NCBI GenBank assembly: GCA_963772365.1
Contig: CAVYXA010000003.1
Location: 1 to 64,000 of the forward strand
Direction: 5' to 3'
DNA length: 64,000 nt
From: an uncultured Verrucomicrobiae bacterium
Lineage (GTDB): Bacteria; Verrucomicrobiota; Verrucomicrobiia; Chthoniobacterales; UBA10450
How positions within the stretch are numbered: the first letter of the stretch is position 1; each line of letters starts with the position of its first letter. Position numbers and translations under genes: made by a program. The notes beneath the pieces are model-generated. The model saw only the letters and a list, made by a program, of their open reading frames with translations, made no database searches and was not told the DNA's origin. Positions 9,529 to 19,241 of this stretch are shown here, piece by piece.

Positions 9529-10827
9529 TTATTTTACGGGCGAGCCGGCTATGGCCCGCAACCCAAGTATCGTGACCTTGTGATGATAGCTGTGTCCATG
9601 ACCGCTGTCATCGTGAAGGACGGAGTGAAGTTTGTAGCTCAATGTCCCGGTAGTGGCATTGACTGGCTTGTCATATTTCAAAGTGTCTATCCAAACGCCA
9701 ATCTCCCTCACATGGTGATCATCGCATGGATAGTGCAGGTCCCAGCCCGTGAGCATTGGTATGGCATAGGTGTAGGGAATATTGTCGATGATAGCCTCTT
9801 CGGTTTTTTCACCCGGCGATTCACCAAGACAGGCTCCAAAAAACCCCGTGTCCTCGACCGGTAGAATTGAAAAAGGCGGCTGTATTACGGCCACATCGGG
9901 GCCACCCATCGCCGAGACCAACTCGCCGAGCCTGTAACCCCTCCTTGCATCATTGTCCTTGAAAATCGCGCACGTATTCCAACTCACAAAACCCGAATCG
10001 ACGCGTCCGGTGGGAGGCGGGCTCGACAAAGGGTCAAGTATGTCTTCGGCTTTTTGGTAAGACTGGTGCTGAACGAATGTCTCGCTGGGCCCCAGATTGT
10101 AAGCGATCTGAAGTAAGTGATGATCGTCTTCCCCCGTCCAATCGAATCCGAATCCTCGCGGGAGGACGGCTACGGACTGATTAGGTTTAAAATTGTCGTT
10201 CTGAAGAAGAGTGGGAAAACAAGTGAGTGCAGTTGAAGTACCCTTGTTAGGGGCAGAAAAGAAATTATCCGAAGCACTGGGAGATCCGCCCCCCTTGCAA
10301 AAGGAATCGGCATCGCCGTGATCAACAAAAGCGCGGAGATTGGCATCGTTCCACGCAACCACGGTGAAGTGGTAGCGCCAGGCGATCGATTTATCGAAAT
10401 GATCGTCCGCCAGGATGCCTGCCGCGTTCCAAGTTAGCTTCCCTTCTCGTCCGGTTCGGTCCAGCTTAATTTTCCCAATCAATGTCGCCACGACTGCAAC
10501 GTGATGGTCTGAGCTATAATTTAGTTTCCAGCCGTTGAGAAACACTGTTGCCTGATTGGCGTACGCGGGAACTGCCACACTTTGCTCCACTTTGATAAAT
10601 GCCTTGTTGTGGATCTCGGCGGAGCCCGAACCCTCCATCACCTTAATGGTTCCCGGATCTTCAAAAACTGTTGTTGGCGGATCGCTCGAGACTGGTGTCA
10701 ACGGCAAACTGTTGATTAGCTGACAAATCTCGTCGTGCGGAGGATGGTACTGGCACCCGCTCGGAAGGATGAGCAAACAGACTGTTGCAACAACGGTAAT
10801 AAGACTTGTGAGTGGCTTTATCTTCAT
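9529..10827 (-). CDS. Hypothetical lipoprotein with three DHH-containing repeats
   Basis: PSGC lipobox-like site; repeated G(W/F)...DHH motifs. Confidence 0.7.
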   Translation of the reverse strand: MKIKPLTSLITVVATVCLLILPSGCQYHPPHDEICQLINSLPLTPVSSDPPTTVFEDPGTIKVMEGSGSAEIHNKAFIKVEQSVAVPAYANQATVFLNGWKLNYSSDHHVAVVATLIGKIKLDRTGREGKLTWNAAGILADDHFDKSIAWRYHFTVVAWNDANLRAFVDHGDADSFCKGGGSPSASDNFFSAPNKGTSTALTCFPTLLQNDNFKPNQSVAVLPRGFGFDWTGEDDHHLLQIAYNLGPSETFVQHQSYQKAEDILDPLSSPPPTGRVDSGFVSWNTCAIFKDNDARRGYRLGELVSAMGGPDVAVIQPPFSILPVEDTGFFGACLGESPGEKTEEAIIDNIPYTYAIPMLTGWDLHYPCDDHHVREIGVWIDTLKYDKPVNATTGTLSYKLHSVLHDDSGHGHSYHHKVTILGLRAIAGSPVK

Positions 10828-10913
10828 CTTCTTGGTCGTCGCGTCGTTAAGGTCCCTTGGATAAATCGATCGGCGGACTCTAAACAAGCCAATAATGCAC
10901 CCAGAGTTCCCCG

Positions 10914-12131
10914 CTATTCGTAGCGCAACGCTTCGATAGGATCGAGCTGCGCTGCTTTACGGGCAGGGTAGAAGCCGAAGAAGACGCCTACGGCTGCGCT
11001 GAATAAAAACGCGATCACGATCGAACTTAGCGAGATCAGGGTTGGCCATTGGGCGTAGATCGACAATATCTTCGATGCGCCGATGCCGCCGATGATTCCG
11101 ATAATTCCGCCGACGGAACTGAGGGTGACCGCTTCGATTAGAAACTGCGTGAGAATGTCGCTTCCGTGGGCGCCGACAGCCATGCGGACGCCGATCTCGC
11201 GCGTCCTCTCGGTTACGCTCACGAGCATGATGTTCATAATCCCGATACCGCCGACTACGAGTGAGACGCCGGCGATCGCGCCGAGCAGCATCGTCATCAC
11301 CCGCGATGTCGCGGTCGCTGTCTCAGCGATTTCCTGTTGCGTTCGCACGGTGAAATCATCATCACGGCCGGGCCGAATGTTATGCCGCTGTCGCAACAAA
11401 GCGGTAATCTGTTGTTGGGCCGCGCTCATCTCACTGGCGCTGGCGACTTGAACATCGATGCCGCGAAGTGTGGTGCCGCCAAGAACGCGTTTCATCGCGC
11501 TCGTGTATGGAATGACGACGATGTCATCCTGATCGACTCCCTGTGGGCTCAAGCCTTTGCTGGTGAGCAGACCGACGATCGTAAATGGCACGTTCTTAAT
11601 GCGCAATGTTTGTCCGATCGGATCTTGATTGCCGTAGATCTGCGCTGCAGTGGTGCGTCCAATCACGCAAACTTTGTTTGCGCTTCGCACATCCTGCGGA
11701 GTGAACGGCACACCTTCGGCCAATGGCCATCCGCGAATCTCAAAGTACTCAGCGGATTCCCCGTAGATACGTGTGAACCAGTTTTGATTTCCGGCTGCTA
11801 CCTGTGTGGTCGAGATCACTTCTTCGCTTACCGCTGTGACGCCCGGGACCTCGCGCTGGATCGCTTCCGCGTCTTCGATCTTCAGCGTGCCGGCGCTACC
11901 CCAGCCAGTGTGGATCCCGCTCGACGTTGTGCTGCCGGAAAAAATGAGAATGACGTTTTCGCCGAGACTGGCGATCTGCGCTTCGACCTGTGCTTTGGCG
12001 CCGTTGCCAATTCCGACCATTGCAATCACTGCGCCGACGCCAATGATAATGCCGAGCGCGGTAAGAACGGAGCGCATCTTGTTACGCCGCAATGCCCGGA
12101 AGGCGACGTTAAATGTGGGCGCAATTCGCAT
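10914..12131 (-). CDS. MacB-family ABC permease
   Basis: RSVLTALGIIIGV, GGIGIMNIMLVSVTERTREIG and LDPIEALRYE motifs. Confidence 0.95.
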   Translation of the reverse strand: MRIAPTFNVAFRALRRNKMRSVLTALGIIIGVGAVIAMVGIGNGAKAQVEAQIASLGENVILIFSGSTTSSGIHTGWGSAGTLKIEDAEAIQREVPGVTAVSEEVISTTQVAAGNQNWFTRIYGESAEYFEIRGWPLAEGVPFTPQDVRSANKVCVIGRTTAAQIYGNQDPIGQTLRIKNVPFTIVGLLTSKGLSPQGVDQDDIVVIPYTSAMKRVLGGTTLRGIDVQVASASEMSAAQQQITALLRQRHNIRPGRDDDFTVRTQQEIAETATATSRVMTMLLGAIAGVSLVVGGIGIMNIMLVSVTERTREIGVRMAVGAHGSDILTQFLIEAVTLSSVGGIIGIIGGIGASKILSIYAQWPTLISLSSIVIAFLFSAAVGVFFGFYPARKAAQLDPIEALRYE

Positions 12132-12164
12132 GAGAAGTCGTTAAACGGTTGAAAGGTTAAATCG

Positions 12165-12902
12165 TTACATGGGTGCGCCGAGTTGGGCTGAGGCATCTAA
12201 TCGCTCAGACACGCTGCGATCGTCGATTATCGCGCCATCGCGCATGATCACATTCCGCTTTGCATAAGTGGCGATGTCGGTTTCATGGGTGACCATGATG
12301 ATGGTGATGCCGCGATTGTTTAGTTCCTGAAAAATCCCCATAATTTCGACACTGGTCCCGGTATCCAGATTTCCAGTCGGTTCGTCGGCCAGGATTATCT
12401 CAGGGGAATTGACCAGAGCGCGGGCAACGGCCACTCGTTGCTGCTGTCCGCCGGAGAGCTGACTGGGACAATGTTCCTCCCGGCCGGCCAGTCCCACCAT
12501 GGCCAGGACCTCATCAGCTTTCTCCTTCAACTGGGCATTCGTTAAGGGCAGGTTCGCGTACAACAATGGCAGCTCGACATTTTCTCGGGCCGACGTACGC
12601 GGCAGCAGATTAAAATTTTGAAAAATGAAACCAATCTTGCGGTTGCGAATATCAGCCAGATGATCGCGATCGAGACCGGAAACATCTGCGCCGGCGAGAA
12701 TGTAGCGGCCAGACGTGGGCCGGTCGAGGCAACCGAGGATGTTCATCAGAGTTGATTTGCCCGAACCGCTCGATCCCATGAGGGCGACAAATTCGCCTCT
12801 CTGGATGTTCAGCGACACGCCTTGGACCGCGCGCACCTCCACATCCCCGGTGCGATATACTTTGTGGATATCGATGAGCTGAACGACCGCGCCATTGTCC
12901 AT
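12165..12902 (-). CDS. MacB/LolD-type ABC ATPase
   Basis: [18 protein letters not shown] and ADEPTGNLD motifs. Confidence 0.95.
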   Translation of the reverse strand: MDNGAVVQLIDIHKVYRTGDVEVRAVQGVSLNIQRGEFVALMGSSGSGKSTLMNILGCLDRPTSGRYILAGADVSGLDRDHLADIRNRKIGFIFQNFNLLPRTSARENVELPLLYANLPLTNAQLKEKADEVLAMVGLAGREEHCPSQLSGGQQQRVAVARALVNSPEIILADEPTGNLDTGTSVEIMGIFQELNNRGITIIMVTHETDIATYAKRNVIMRDGAIIDDRSVSERLDASAQLGAPM

Positions 12903-12904
12903 AG

Positions 12905-14098
12905 CTACCGAATTCTGCGTGGCGGACCGAATGGATTGGCCGGTCGAGATGTCTTCTCCGATGTCGATGTTAACTCGGCGGTCACCACCTCATCCCCTTC
13001 TTTCAATCCTTCGACCACTTCCGTAACGATTCCATCGCTGATGCCGGTTTTGATCTGAACCGGTCGCGGGCTGCCGTGTTGCAAAACGTAAACTGTGCGT
13101 TCCACCTCATGCGCGCCGCCTTGGTGACCTTTACCTTGCCACCGTCCGCCGCCAGCCTGGGATGAAGCTTTCGGTCCGGCCGGAGTAGCGTCGGCCGGGC
13201 GATAGCGAAGAGCGGCGTTCTTGATCTGAAGCACGTTGTCCTTGTGAGCGACGATGATCGAAACATTCGCGGTCATTCCCGGCTTCAATTTCAATTCCGC
13301 ATTGTTCACGCCGATGACCGTGTCGTAGGTGACGACATTCTGCACCGTAATCGGCGCATTGCGGACCTGGGTCACTTCGCCGTGAAACGTCCTGTTCGGA
13401 AAAGCATCCACGGTAAAATCCACATTCTGCGCGATCGCAACTACACCTACGTCGGCCTCGGCCACGTTGGCGTCGATCTGCATCTTCGTGAGATCATTCG
13501 CGATCGTGAAAATCACCGGCGCCTGCAAACTGGCTGCGACAGTCTGGCCAACATCGACACTTCGGGAAATGACAATCCCATCAATTGGCGAAGTGATGGT
13601 GCAATGTTCGAGATCGGCTTTGGCTCGATTGAGTGCTCCTTGCTTGATCTTCACATTTGCTTCGGCCTGATGAAGCGTAGCCATCGCCTGATCGACATCG
13701 GCCTGTGACGAATTCTTCTTCGTGAATAACTCCTGCACGCGAGTCGCATTTGCGCGGGCCAACTCGAGCGCCGCCTGGGCGCTGGCCAGGTCGCCCTCCG
13801 CCTGGGTGACAGCCGCCTGGAACAAAGTCGGATCAATCTGGGCCACTGTTTGGCCAGCTTTTACTCGCGAATTAAAATCGACGAACAGTTTCGAGATGTT
13901 GCCCGAGACCTGACTTCCAACTTGCACGTTGACCACGGGATTCAAGGTGCCGGTTGCAGTAACCCCTTGCGTCAGTGGACCGCGCGTGACCACTGCGGTT
14001 TGATAATTTGATGCGCCAGCCTGATGGTACTGACGCAGGACAAACAGCAAAATCAGCAACGCGACGACGGCCACGGCGAGTGGGAAAATACGTTTCAT
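12905..14098 (-). CDS. MacA-like periplasmic adaptor (efflux MFP)
   Basis: VQVGSQVSG, ITSPIDG, GQTVAASLQAP and LKPGMTA motifs. Confidence 0.9.
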   Translation of the reverse strand: MKRIFPLAVAVVALLILLFVLRQYHQAGASNYQTAVVTRGPLTQGVTATGTLNPVVNVQVGSQVSGNISKLFVDFNSRVKAGQTVAQIDPTLFQAAVTQAEGDLASAQAALELARANATRVQELFTKKNSSQADVDQAMATLHQAEANVKIKQGALNRAKADLEHCTITSPIDGIVISRSVDVGQTVAASLQAPVIFTIANDLTKMQIDANVAEADVGVVAIAQNVDFTVDAFPNRTFHGEVTQVRNAPITVQNVVTYDTVIGVNNAELKLKPGMTANVSIIVAHKDNVLQIKNAALRYRPADATPAGPKASSQAGGGRWQGKGHQGGAHEVERTVYVLQHGSPRPVQIKTGISDGIVTEVVEGLKEGDEVVTAELTSTSEKTSRPANPFGPPRRIR

Positions 14099-14109
14099 TA
14101 ATCAAAGAT

Positions 14110-14205
14110 TGTCATTCTGAGCGTAGCGAAGAATCTCAAATCATTTGGTTCGAGGAGTTCATCAAGACCAATGATCAGAGATGTTTCGCTTCGCTCAACA
14201 TGACA
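14110..14205. repeat. REP-like inverted pair, GTCATTCTGAGCGAAGCGAAGAATCTC family
   Basis: Arms at 14110-14137 and 14178-14205. Confidence 0.85.
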
Positions 14206-14258
14206 ATGGGTCATTCAAAAATCCGGCGTCATCTCGTGCGAGTTGACTTGTTCATCAT

Positions 14259-14289
14259 TTAAGACAGGAAAACAGGGTGCGGCGTTACA
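14259..14289 (-). promoter_or_regulatory. Possible ECF-sigma-type promoter for the macA-like operon
   Basis: TGTAAC-17 bp-TGTCTTAA on the minus strand upstream of the MFP gene. Confidence 0.3.
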
Positions 14290-14312
14290 TCTGTCTCAAT
14301 TGGTATCGTTTT

Positions 14313-14399
14313 TCACGTTGAGCGAAGCGAAACATCTCTCACTATTTTCTTCGAGAAAGGAACAATAATCTGAGATTCTTCGCTTCGCTCAGAATGACA
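14313..14399. repeat. REP-like inverted pair, same family
   Basis: TCACGTTGAGCGAAGCGAAACATCTC...GAGATTCTTCGCTTCGCTCAGAATGACA. Confidence 0.85.
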
Positions 14400-14429
14400 T
14401 TAGTTGGCAGCTGACATTCGGACCTGAAT

Positions 14430-15224
14430 ATGCGGCGTTACATCGACATTTATTCCATCATGCTGCGCAACTCGCTTATTCGGGAGATGAATTTCAAGGC
14501 GAACTTTCTTCTCTGGATGATCGTGGAGGTGCTCTGGTTTTGCGGTCAGATCGTATTCTTCAGCATCATTTTCGCCAATGTCGACAGAATTGGAGATTGG
14601 ACAAAATGGGAGGTGGTCCTGTTGATCGGAACCCATCAAATGATCGCGCAATTTTTTCAGGCGTTCTTTTTTGTGAATGTGGCGAATATTCCCGAACTCG
14701 TGCGGACAGGAAAATTGGATTCATTGCTAGTCTTGCCGGTCGACAGCCAATTCGCGGTTTCGACAAAGCAGTTTGGGCTCGACAGTATCGTAAACGCTTT
14801 GCTCGGCGGATTCGTGGTCTGTTTCTCGTTATCGAAACTCGGATTTGTTCCGGGTCCAATGTCGATCTTCCTTTATCTCACTGCGCTCGGTTTCGGTGTG
14901 GCCGTGCATTATTCCATCATGCTCAGCCTGGCAGCGGTGAGTTTCTGGATCGTGCGGGCCCAGGGATTGGTTTACGGCTACTTCAATTTCCTCAATATCG
15001 CCCGTTATCCGGACGCCATTTACCCGCGGCTTTTTAAGATAATTTTTGGCTGGTTCATTCCCGTGATCATCGTGGCAAACATCCCGGCGCGACTGCTGAT
15101 CAAGTCTCTGGGTCAACCAGGCTGGCTGATGTTTCACTTGATCGTGGCTTCTTCGATCATCTTCCTGCTGTCACGTGCTTTCTGGCGTTTTGCCCTCAAT
15201 CATTATTCCAGCGCCAGCTCGTGA
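14430..15224 (+). CDS. ABC-2 family transporter permease (second subunit)
   Basis: VRTGKLDSLLVLPVDSQF, ARYP, ends YSSASS. Confidence 0.85.
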   Translation: MRRYIDIYSIMLRNSLIREMNFKANFLLWMIVEVLWFCGQIVFFSIIFANVDRIGDWTKWEVVLLIGTHQMIAQFFQAFFFVNVANIPELVRTGKLDSLLVLPVDSQFAVSTKQFGLDSIVNALLGGFVVCFSLSKLGFVPGPMSIFLYLTALGFGVAVHYSIMLSLAAVSFWIVRAQGLVYGYFNFLNIARYPDAIYPRLFKIIFGWFIPVIIVANIPARLLIKSLGQPGWLMFHLIVASSIIFLLSRAFWRFALNHYSSASS

Positions 15225-15394
15225 ATTTCGCGCCCATTCGGGCCTAACGTGAGAATTGGATTGCCTTTTTTTGATGTTGAATCGGCGTCAAGAGCACGCC
15301 TCGAACTTTTACGCGAATCCGCTTGCGCCCCTGAGGAATTGTTCTTAATTAAGCCTCCGCTTTTCCAGAGAGAGAACGTAACGGCTTTAAACTT

Positions 15395-16075
15395 ATGGCT
15401 AAAACAAAGAAAAAGAAGATTTCGCACAAGAAGCCTGCTGCGCGAAAGGTGTCGAAGCCGGCACGAAAGGCTTCGGCGAAGAAAACGGTGAAGGCGGCGA
15501 GTTCTGCAAAGCGTACGGTTAAGAGTTCCAAATCTCGCAAGGCAGCTTTGGCTTCACCGGAGAAACTGCTTGGGGTAAATCACAACAATAAGAAACCAAA
15601 AAAGCTGGATCCATTTACGCGGAAGCAACAAGAGAAATTGCTTCAGCTCCGCGACGCGATGGTCGATTCCATGGCTGGGGTTGCGCAGGACACGTTGCGT
15701 TCCCGCGCGGAAGGAAGCGAAGCATCGGCTTTCGGCATGCACCAGGCCGATGCCGGGTCGGATGCCTACGATCGCGATTTTGCGCTGAGTCTGCTTTCGC
15801 AGGAACAGGATGCTCTTTACGAAATCGATCAGGCCCTCAAACGGATTGAGCTCGGCACCTACGGAATTTGCGAGATGTCAGGGAAACATATTCCCCGGGC
15901 ACGTCTCGAAGCCATTCCGTTTGCCCGGTTCACGGTTGAATGCCAATCACAGTTGGAAAAGCAGAATAAGGCATCTCGGGTCCGACAATCGGTCACGTCT
16001 TTGTTTGGCTTGACCGACGAGGAAGGCGGCGAGGGAGAAGAGGAAGAAGCCGCTGCGCCAGCCGATAAGGAATAA
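15395..16075 (+). CDS. dksA: DksA/TraR family protein with Lys-rich N-terminal tail
   Basis: HQADAGSD and ALKRIELGTYGICEMSG...RLEAIPFARFTVEC. Confidence 0.85.
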   Translation: MAKTKKKKISHKKPAARKVSKPARKASAKKTVKAASSAKRTVKSSKSRKAALASPEKLLGVNHNNKKPKKLDPFTRKQQEKLLQLRDAMVDSMAGVAQDTLRSRAEGSEASAFGMHQADAGSDAYDRDFALSLLSQEQDALYEIDQALKRIELGTYGICEMSGKHIPRARLEAIPFARFTVECQSQLEKQNKASRVRQSVTSLFGLTDEEGGEGEEEEAAAPADKE

Positions 16076-16078
16076 GTT

Positions 16079-16252
16079 ATGCCACAGGAAATCATCACTC
16101 TCGAATGCACCGAAGCCAAAGCGCTGGGAAAACCAGCATCGCGTTACATGACGACGCGGAATAAGAAGAGCCCGCGCACCCCAAACCGACTCGAGAAAAA
16201 GAAATACAATCCCTTCCTCAAGCGGCACACGCTACACCGGGAAACCAAGTAA
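16079..16252 (+). CDS. rpmG: 50S ribosomal protein L33 (not in the ORF track)
   Basis: [13 protein letters not shown]...RYMTTRNKK...[20 protein letters not shown]. Confidence 0.95.
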   Translation: MPQEIITLECTEAKALGKPASRYMTTRNKKSPRTPNRLEKKKYNPFLKRHTLHRETK

Positions 16253-16260
16253 CTGTCTCA

Positions 16261-16500
16261 ATGCAACCGAAGACCGCAAAACGCCGCTCCGCCTTCCGTC
16301 GGGCCAATCGAACCATGCCGCGACGCAGGATCGACATCGCCATTGAAGCGATCGATTACAAGAATCCTGATCTGCTAAAAAAGTTTGTGACCGAGAGCGG
16401 CAAGATTTTGCCGCGCCGAGTCACCGGCATGCCGGCCCATCTGCATCGCAAGATCACACGGGAGATCAAACGCAGCCGTTCTGTGCTGCTGATGAAATAA
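16261..16500 (+). CDS. rpsR: 30S ribosomal protein S18
   Basis: [26 protein letters not shown]. Confidence 0.95.
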   Translation: MQPKTAKRRSAFRRANRTMPRRRIDIAIEAIDYKNPDLLKKFVTESGKILPRRVTGMPAHLHRKITREIKRSRSVLLMK

Positions 16501-16501
16501 T

Positions 16502-16556
16502 TGTAGAGCGTCTGTGTCAGACGCGGCACTGGGCGTTCCCAGAAACTTCCTGCAAA
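16502..16556. repeat. Degenerate GTAG-class REP doublet between convergent genes
   Basis: TGTAGAGCGTCTGTGTCAGACGC with a degenerate partner arm. Confidence 0.45.
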
Positions 16557-16561
16557 GGAAG

Positions 16562-16924
16562 CTACGTTCTCCGAGTCTTCTCGCCTTCTTCGATCAACTT
16601 CCAGAACTCGCGGGTCTGGCCGAGTTGCGCATCTTCTGAAATCGGCAGTTTGCTGCGGAAAAGGAAATCGCGGAATGTGTTTTTGTGCAGGACGCGATGG
16701 ACCGTGATCCCTTCGTCGGTCTTGGCGAAATAAATGCGATAGTCCTTCGCGCGATAGCGATACAGCTTTTTCCCTTCTCGCTGGATCACCCCGAAGTGTG
16801 TCGAGTCAAGTTTGTCGAGGTCCTCCGGTAAAATTTGAAATTGCTCGAGCAGATCGAGCTGCATCTTCTTCGGCAATACGGAAAGCTCCGCTGCGCTGAG
16901 TTCGTTGAAGATGATTTGAAACAT
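16562..16924 (-). CDS. RelE/ParE-like protein
   Basis: LYRYRAKDYRIYF...ITVHRVLHK; ATG lies just downstream of the alr stop. Confidence 0.65.
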   Translation of the reverse strand: MFQIIFNELSAAELSVLPKKMQLDLLEQFQILPEDLDKLDSTHFGVIQREGKKLYRYRAKDYRIYFAKTDEGITVHRVLHKNTFRDFLFRSKLPISEDAQLGQTREFWKLIEEGEKTRRT

Positions 16925-16926
16925 AT

Positions 16927-18105
16927 TCAGGATACGAATACGCGCTTCACCCGAGGACCAATCCGCGTTGTGATGTCCCATGTGATTGTGCCCGCTTTCT
17001 CCGCGAGCTCATGTGCGGAAATTTCCTCGTTTCCCTGTCGCCCCATCAAAACGACTTCGTCGCCAACATCGACATCCTTCAGGTGCGAGATGTCGATTAC
17101 AATTAAATCCATCGTTACGCGTCCTAACAAAGGGCAGCGCCGCCCGCCAACCAGAACCGCGGCATCCCGATTCGAAAGATGCCGCGGATAACCATCGGCA
17201 TAACCACAAGCGAGAGTCGCAACGCGCATTGCCTGCGGGCTGATGAATGTCCGGCCGTAACTGATCGAGTGCCCTTTGGGGACGTTCCGGATCAATCCGA
17301 TCCGAGTTTTCCAGGTCATCACCGGCTTCAGGATTTTTTGAAATTCCTTCAAGGGCGAAATACCGTGAAGAATTATGCCGGCGCGCACGATCTCAAATGT
17401 TGGATCGTTGAATGCGAGCGTGCCGGCGCTTTGCAAAACGTGGGCTTTGTAATTTCCGGGAATTTCTTTGCGGATTTGTTCCACGATTCTGCGAAACCGG
17501 TTCAATTGATCACGAGTGTAATCCGGATCTGTGTCGGAAACCGGCATGTGTGTCGAGATGCTGTTCACCACAATTTTCGGCAAAGCAGCTACTCGTTTGA
17601 AGGTCTCGATCGCTTCATCTTCCACCACGCCCATTCGGCCCATACCGGTGTCGATCTTGAAATTGATCGGCACGCTTCGATCCTCACGGCCTCGCTGAAG
17701 CGAGCGCGGCTCTCCCTGATTAGGGAGAGGCAAACGGCGCATCCGCCGGTGAGGGTCGTCGGCAGTGCGATTGAATTTCTGTGCTTCGTCGAGACTCGAA
17801 ATCGTTGGGATGAATCCGCACTCGATGATTGTCGATCTTTCCTCCGGAACAGCCGGGCCGAGGATGATGATTGGATGCGGAAGAGACGCATCTTGCAGCG
17901 CGATGGCCTCCTCCACATTTGCAACGCCGAAGAGTTGCGCGTCATTCGCGAGCGTTTCCGCCACTCCGAGCAGGCCATGACCGTAGGCATTAGCCTTTAC
18001 CACTGCCAGCATCTCGGCGGAGCCGATTCTCTCTCGAACAATTCCAGCATTATGGCGCAACGCCGTCCGATCGATTTCAGCCCAGCAGCGATAATGTTGT
18101 TTCAT
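16927..18105 (-). CDS. alr: Alanine racemase with in-frame repeat insertion
   Basis: AVVKANAYGHG, KIDTGMGRMG, GYADG and GRVTMD motifs. Confidence 0.95.
   Translation of the reverse strand: MKQHYRCWAEIDRTALRHNAGIVRERIGSAEMLAVVKANAYGHGLLGVAETLANDAQLFGVANVEEAIALQDASLPHPIIILGPAVPEERSTIIECGFIPTISSLDEAQKFNRTADDPHRRMRRLPLPNQGEPRSLQRGREDRSVPINFKIDTGMGRMGVVEDEAIETFKRVAALPKIVVNSISTHMPVSDTDPDYTRDQLNRFRRIVEQIRKEIPGNYKAHVLQSAGTLAFNDPTFEIVRAGIILHGISPLKEFQKILKPVMTWKTRIGLIRNVPKGHSISYGRTFISPQAMRVATLACGYADGYPRHLSNRDAAVLVGGRRCPLLGRVTMDLIVIDISHLKDVDVGDEVVLMGRQGNEEISAHELAEKAGTITWDITTRIGPRVKRVFVS
17679..17757. repeat. CCCTCAC/CTCTCCC-GGGAGAG palindromic element inside alr
   Basis: GATCCTCAC...CTCTCCCTGATTAGGGAGAG...GTGAGGGTC. 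Confidence 0.75.
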
Positions 18106-18144
18106 CTTACTCGAGAAACATGAACCTTCGCACGAAACCTAATC

Positions 18145-18230
18145 TGTCATGTTGAGCGAAGCGAAACATCTCTGACTATTCGTCTCGTAGAGGAAATGAT
18201 TTGAGATCCTTCGCTTCGCTCAGGATGACA
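18145..18230. repeat. REP-like inverted pair overlapping the tsaB stop
   Basis: TGTCATGTTGAGCGAAGCGAAACATCTC...GAGATCCTTCGCTTCGCTCAGGATGACA. Confidence 0.85.
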
Positions 18231-18831
18231 TCGGCTTCGGCTTTGGCATGGTGATGTGCGCCTCGCGCAGATAGATCGGTTCGAGTGGCGGCAAAGAAAA
18301 GCCGCGCTTTGAATCCTGTGCAAGCCGCGCCAGGAGAAGCGCGGATGGATAGCGGATGACGGCGGGCCCAAATTGAGGCAGCGCTTCCGAGCAGAAGATC
18401 GACAATCGCGCATTAATTGTGTCGAGTTTCGCTTTCAATTCGGTTTCCGAGAACAAGATTGGGCCTTCCACGAGTTGGTGAGCACGAACATCAGCGTAGA
18501 AAAAAGAGTTCCGACGGGCATCGCCGATGACGCAATATTCATCTCCTTCCATTGCACAAATCGATGGATAGCCAAGCAGTTGCGCGCCGGAAGAAATTTT
18601 GAGGCCGATTGCAGTCGATATAGCAATTCGCGTCCCGGCGTACGAACCTGGACCCAGGCCGACAATAATCTTCTCCGCCGGTCCAAATTTTTTCGCGACA
18701 ACTTCGATATTTTCGAAGAACGCGCCGGAATTTTTGCGGTCATTCGGCCATTCGCGAAAAAACTCGGTCTCGCCATCGAGCCACGCCAGACTTCCACGCG
18801 CGGTCGAAAGTTCGAATGCGAGAATTTTCAT
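18220..18831 (-). CDS. tsaB: tRNA threonylcarbamoyladenosine biosynthesis protein TsaB
   Basis: GLGPGSYAGTRI, GDARR and LEPIYLR motifs. Confidence 0.9.
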   Translation of the reverse strand: MKILAFELSTARGSLAWLDGETEFFREWPNDRKNSGAFFENIEVVAKKFGPAEKIIVGLGPGSYAGTRIAISTAIGLKISSGAQLLGYPSICAMEGDEYCVIGDARRNSFFYADVRAHQLVEGPILFSETELKAKLDTINARLSIFCSEALPQFGPAVIRYPSALLLARLAQDSKRGFSLPPLEPIYLREAHITMPKPKPMSS

Positions 18832-19241
18832 TTGGTGGTAATTGCGCGGGCACTTTCTGATTTTATCTCGAATTGAATCCAGCGTGCATGCTGCGGGATC
18901 AAATCAGGAAAGCGATCGGCCCATTCCACTACGGAAACTCCATCGCCAGCGAAATAGTCGTCTAAACCGAGTCGGTCGGCTGATTGTCGATCCTCGAGGC
19001 GAAAAAAATCGAAGTGGTAAATTAGCAGGCGTCCGCCGGGATATTCGTGAATGATGGTGAAGGTGGGGCTCGCTACGATGTCATTACTTTGCAAGCCGGC
19101 CACGAGCCCTTTTACAAATTGCGTTTTGCCGGCGCCGAGATCGCCTGTGAGAGCTAACACGTCGCCAGAATTTAGTTTCGTCGCGAAGTCACGGGCGAAT
19201 TTCTCCGTCTCAGCTGGGCTATTCGAAATGAACGTAGCCAC
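18828..19241 (-). CDS. tsaE: t6A biosynthesis ATPase TsaE
   Basis: GDLGAGKT, SPTF, YHFDFFRL and VVEWAD motifs. Confidence 0.95.
   Translation of the reverse strand: MATFISNSPAETEKFARDFATKLNSGDVLALTGDLGAGKTQFVKGLVAGLQSNDIVASPTFTIIHEYPGGRLLIYHFDFFRLEDRQSADRLGLDDYFAGDGVSVVEWADRFPDLIPQHARWIQFEIKSESARAITTK

Noticed and set aside
14110..14399. CRISPR array
   Set aside because: The repeats are inverted pairs dispersed through the window, there is no regular spacer array, and no cas genes are present.
14278..14444. 14-bp direct repeat TGCGGCGTTACATC matching the permease start
   Set aside because: Short, and it overlaps a plausible promoter motif; it cannot be distinguished from chance.
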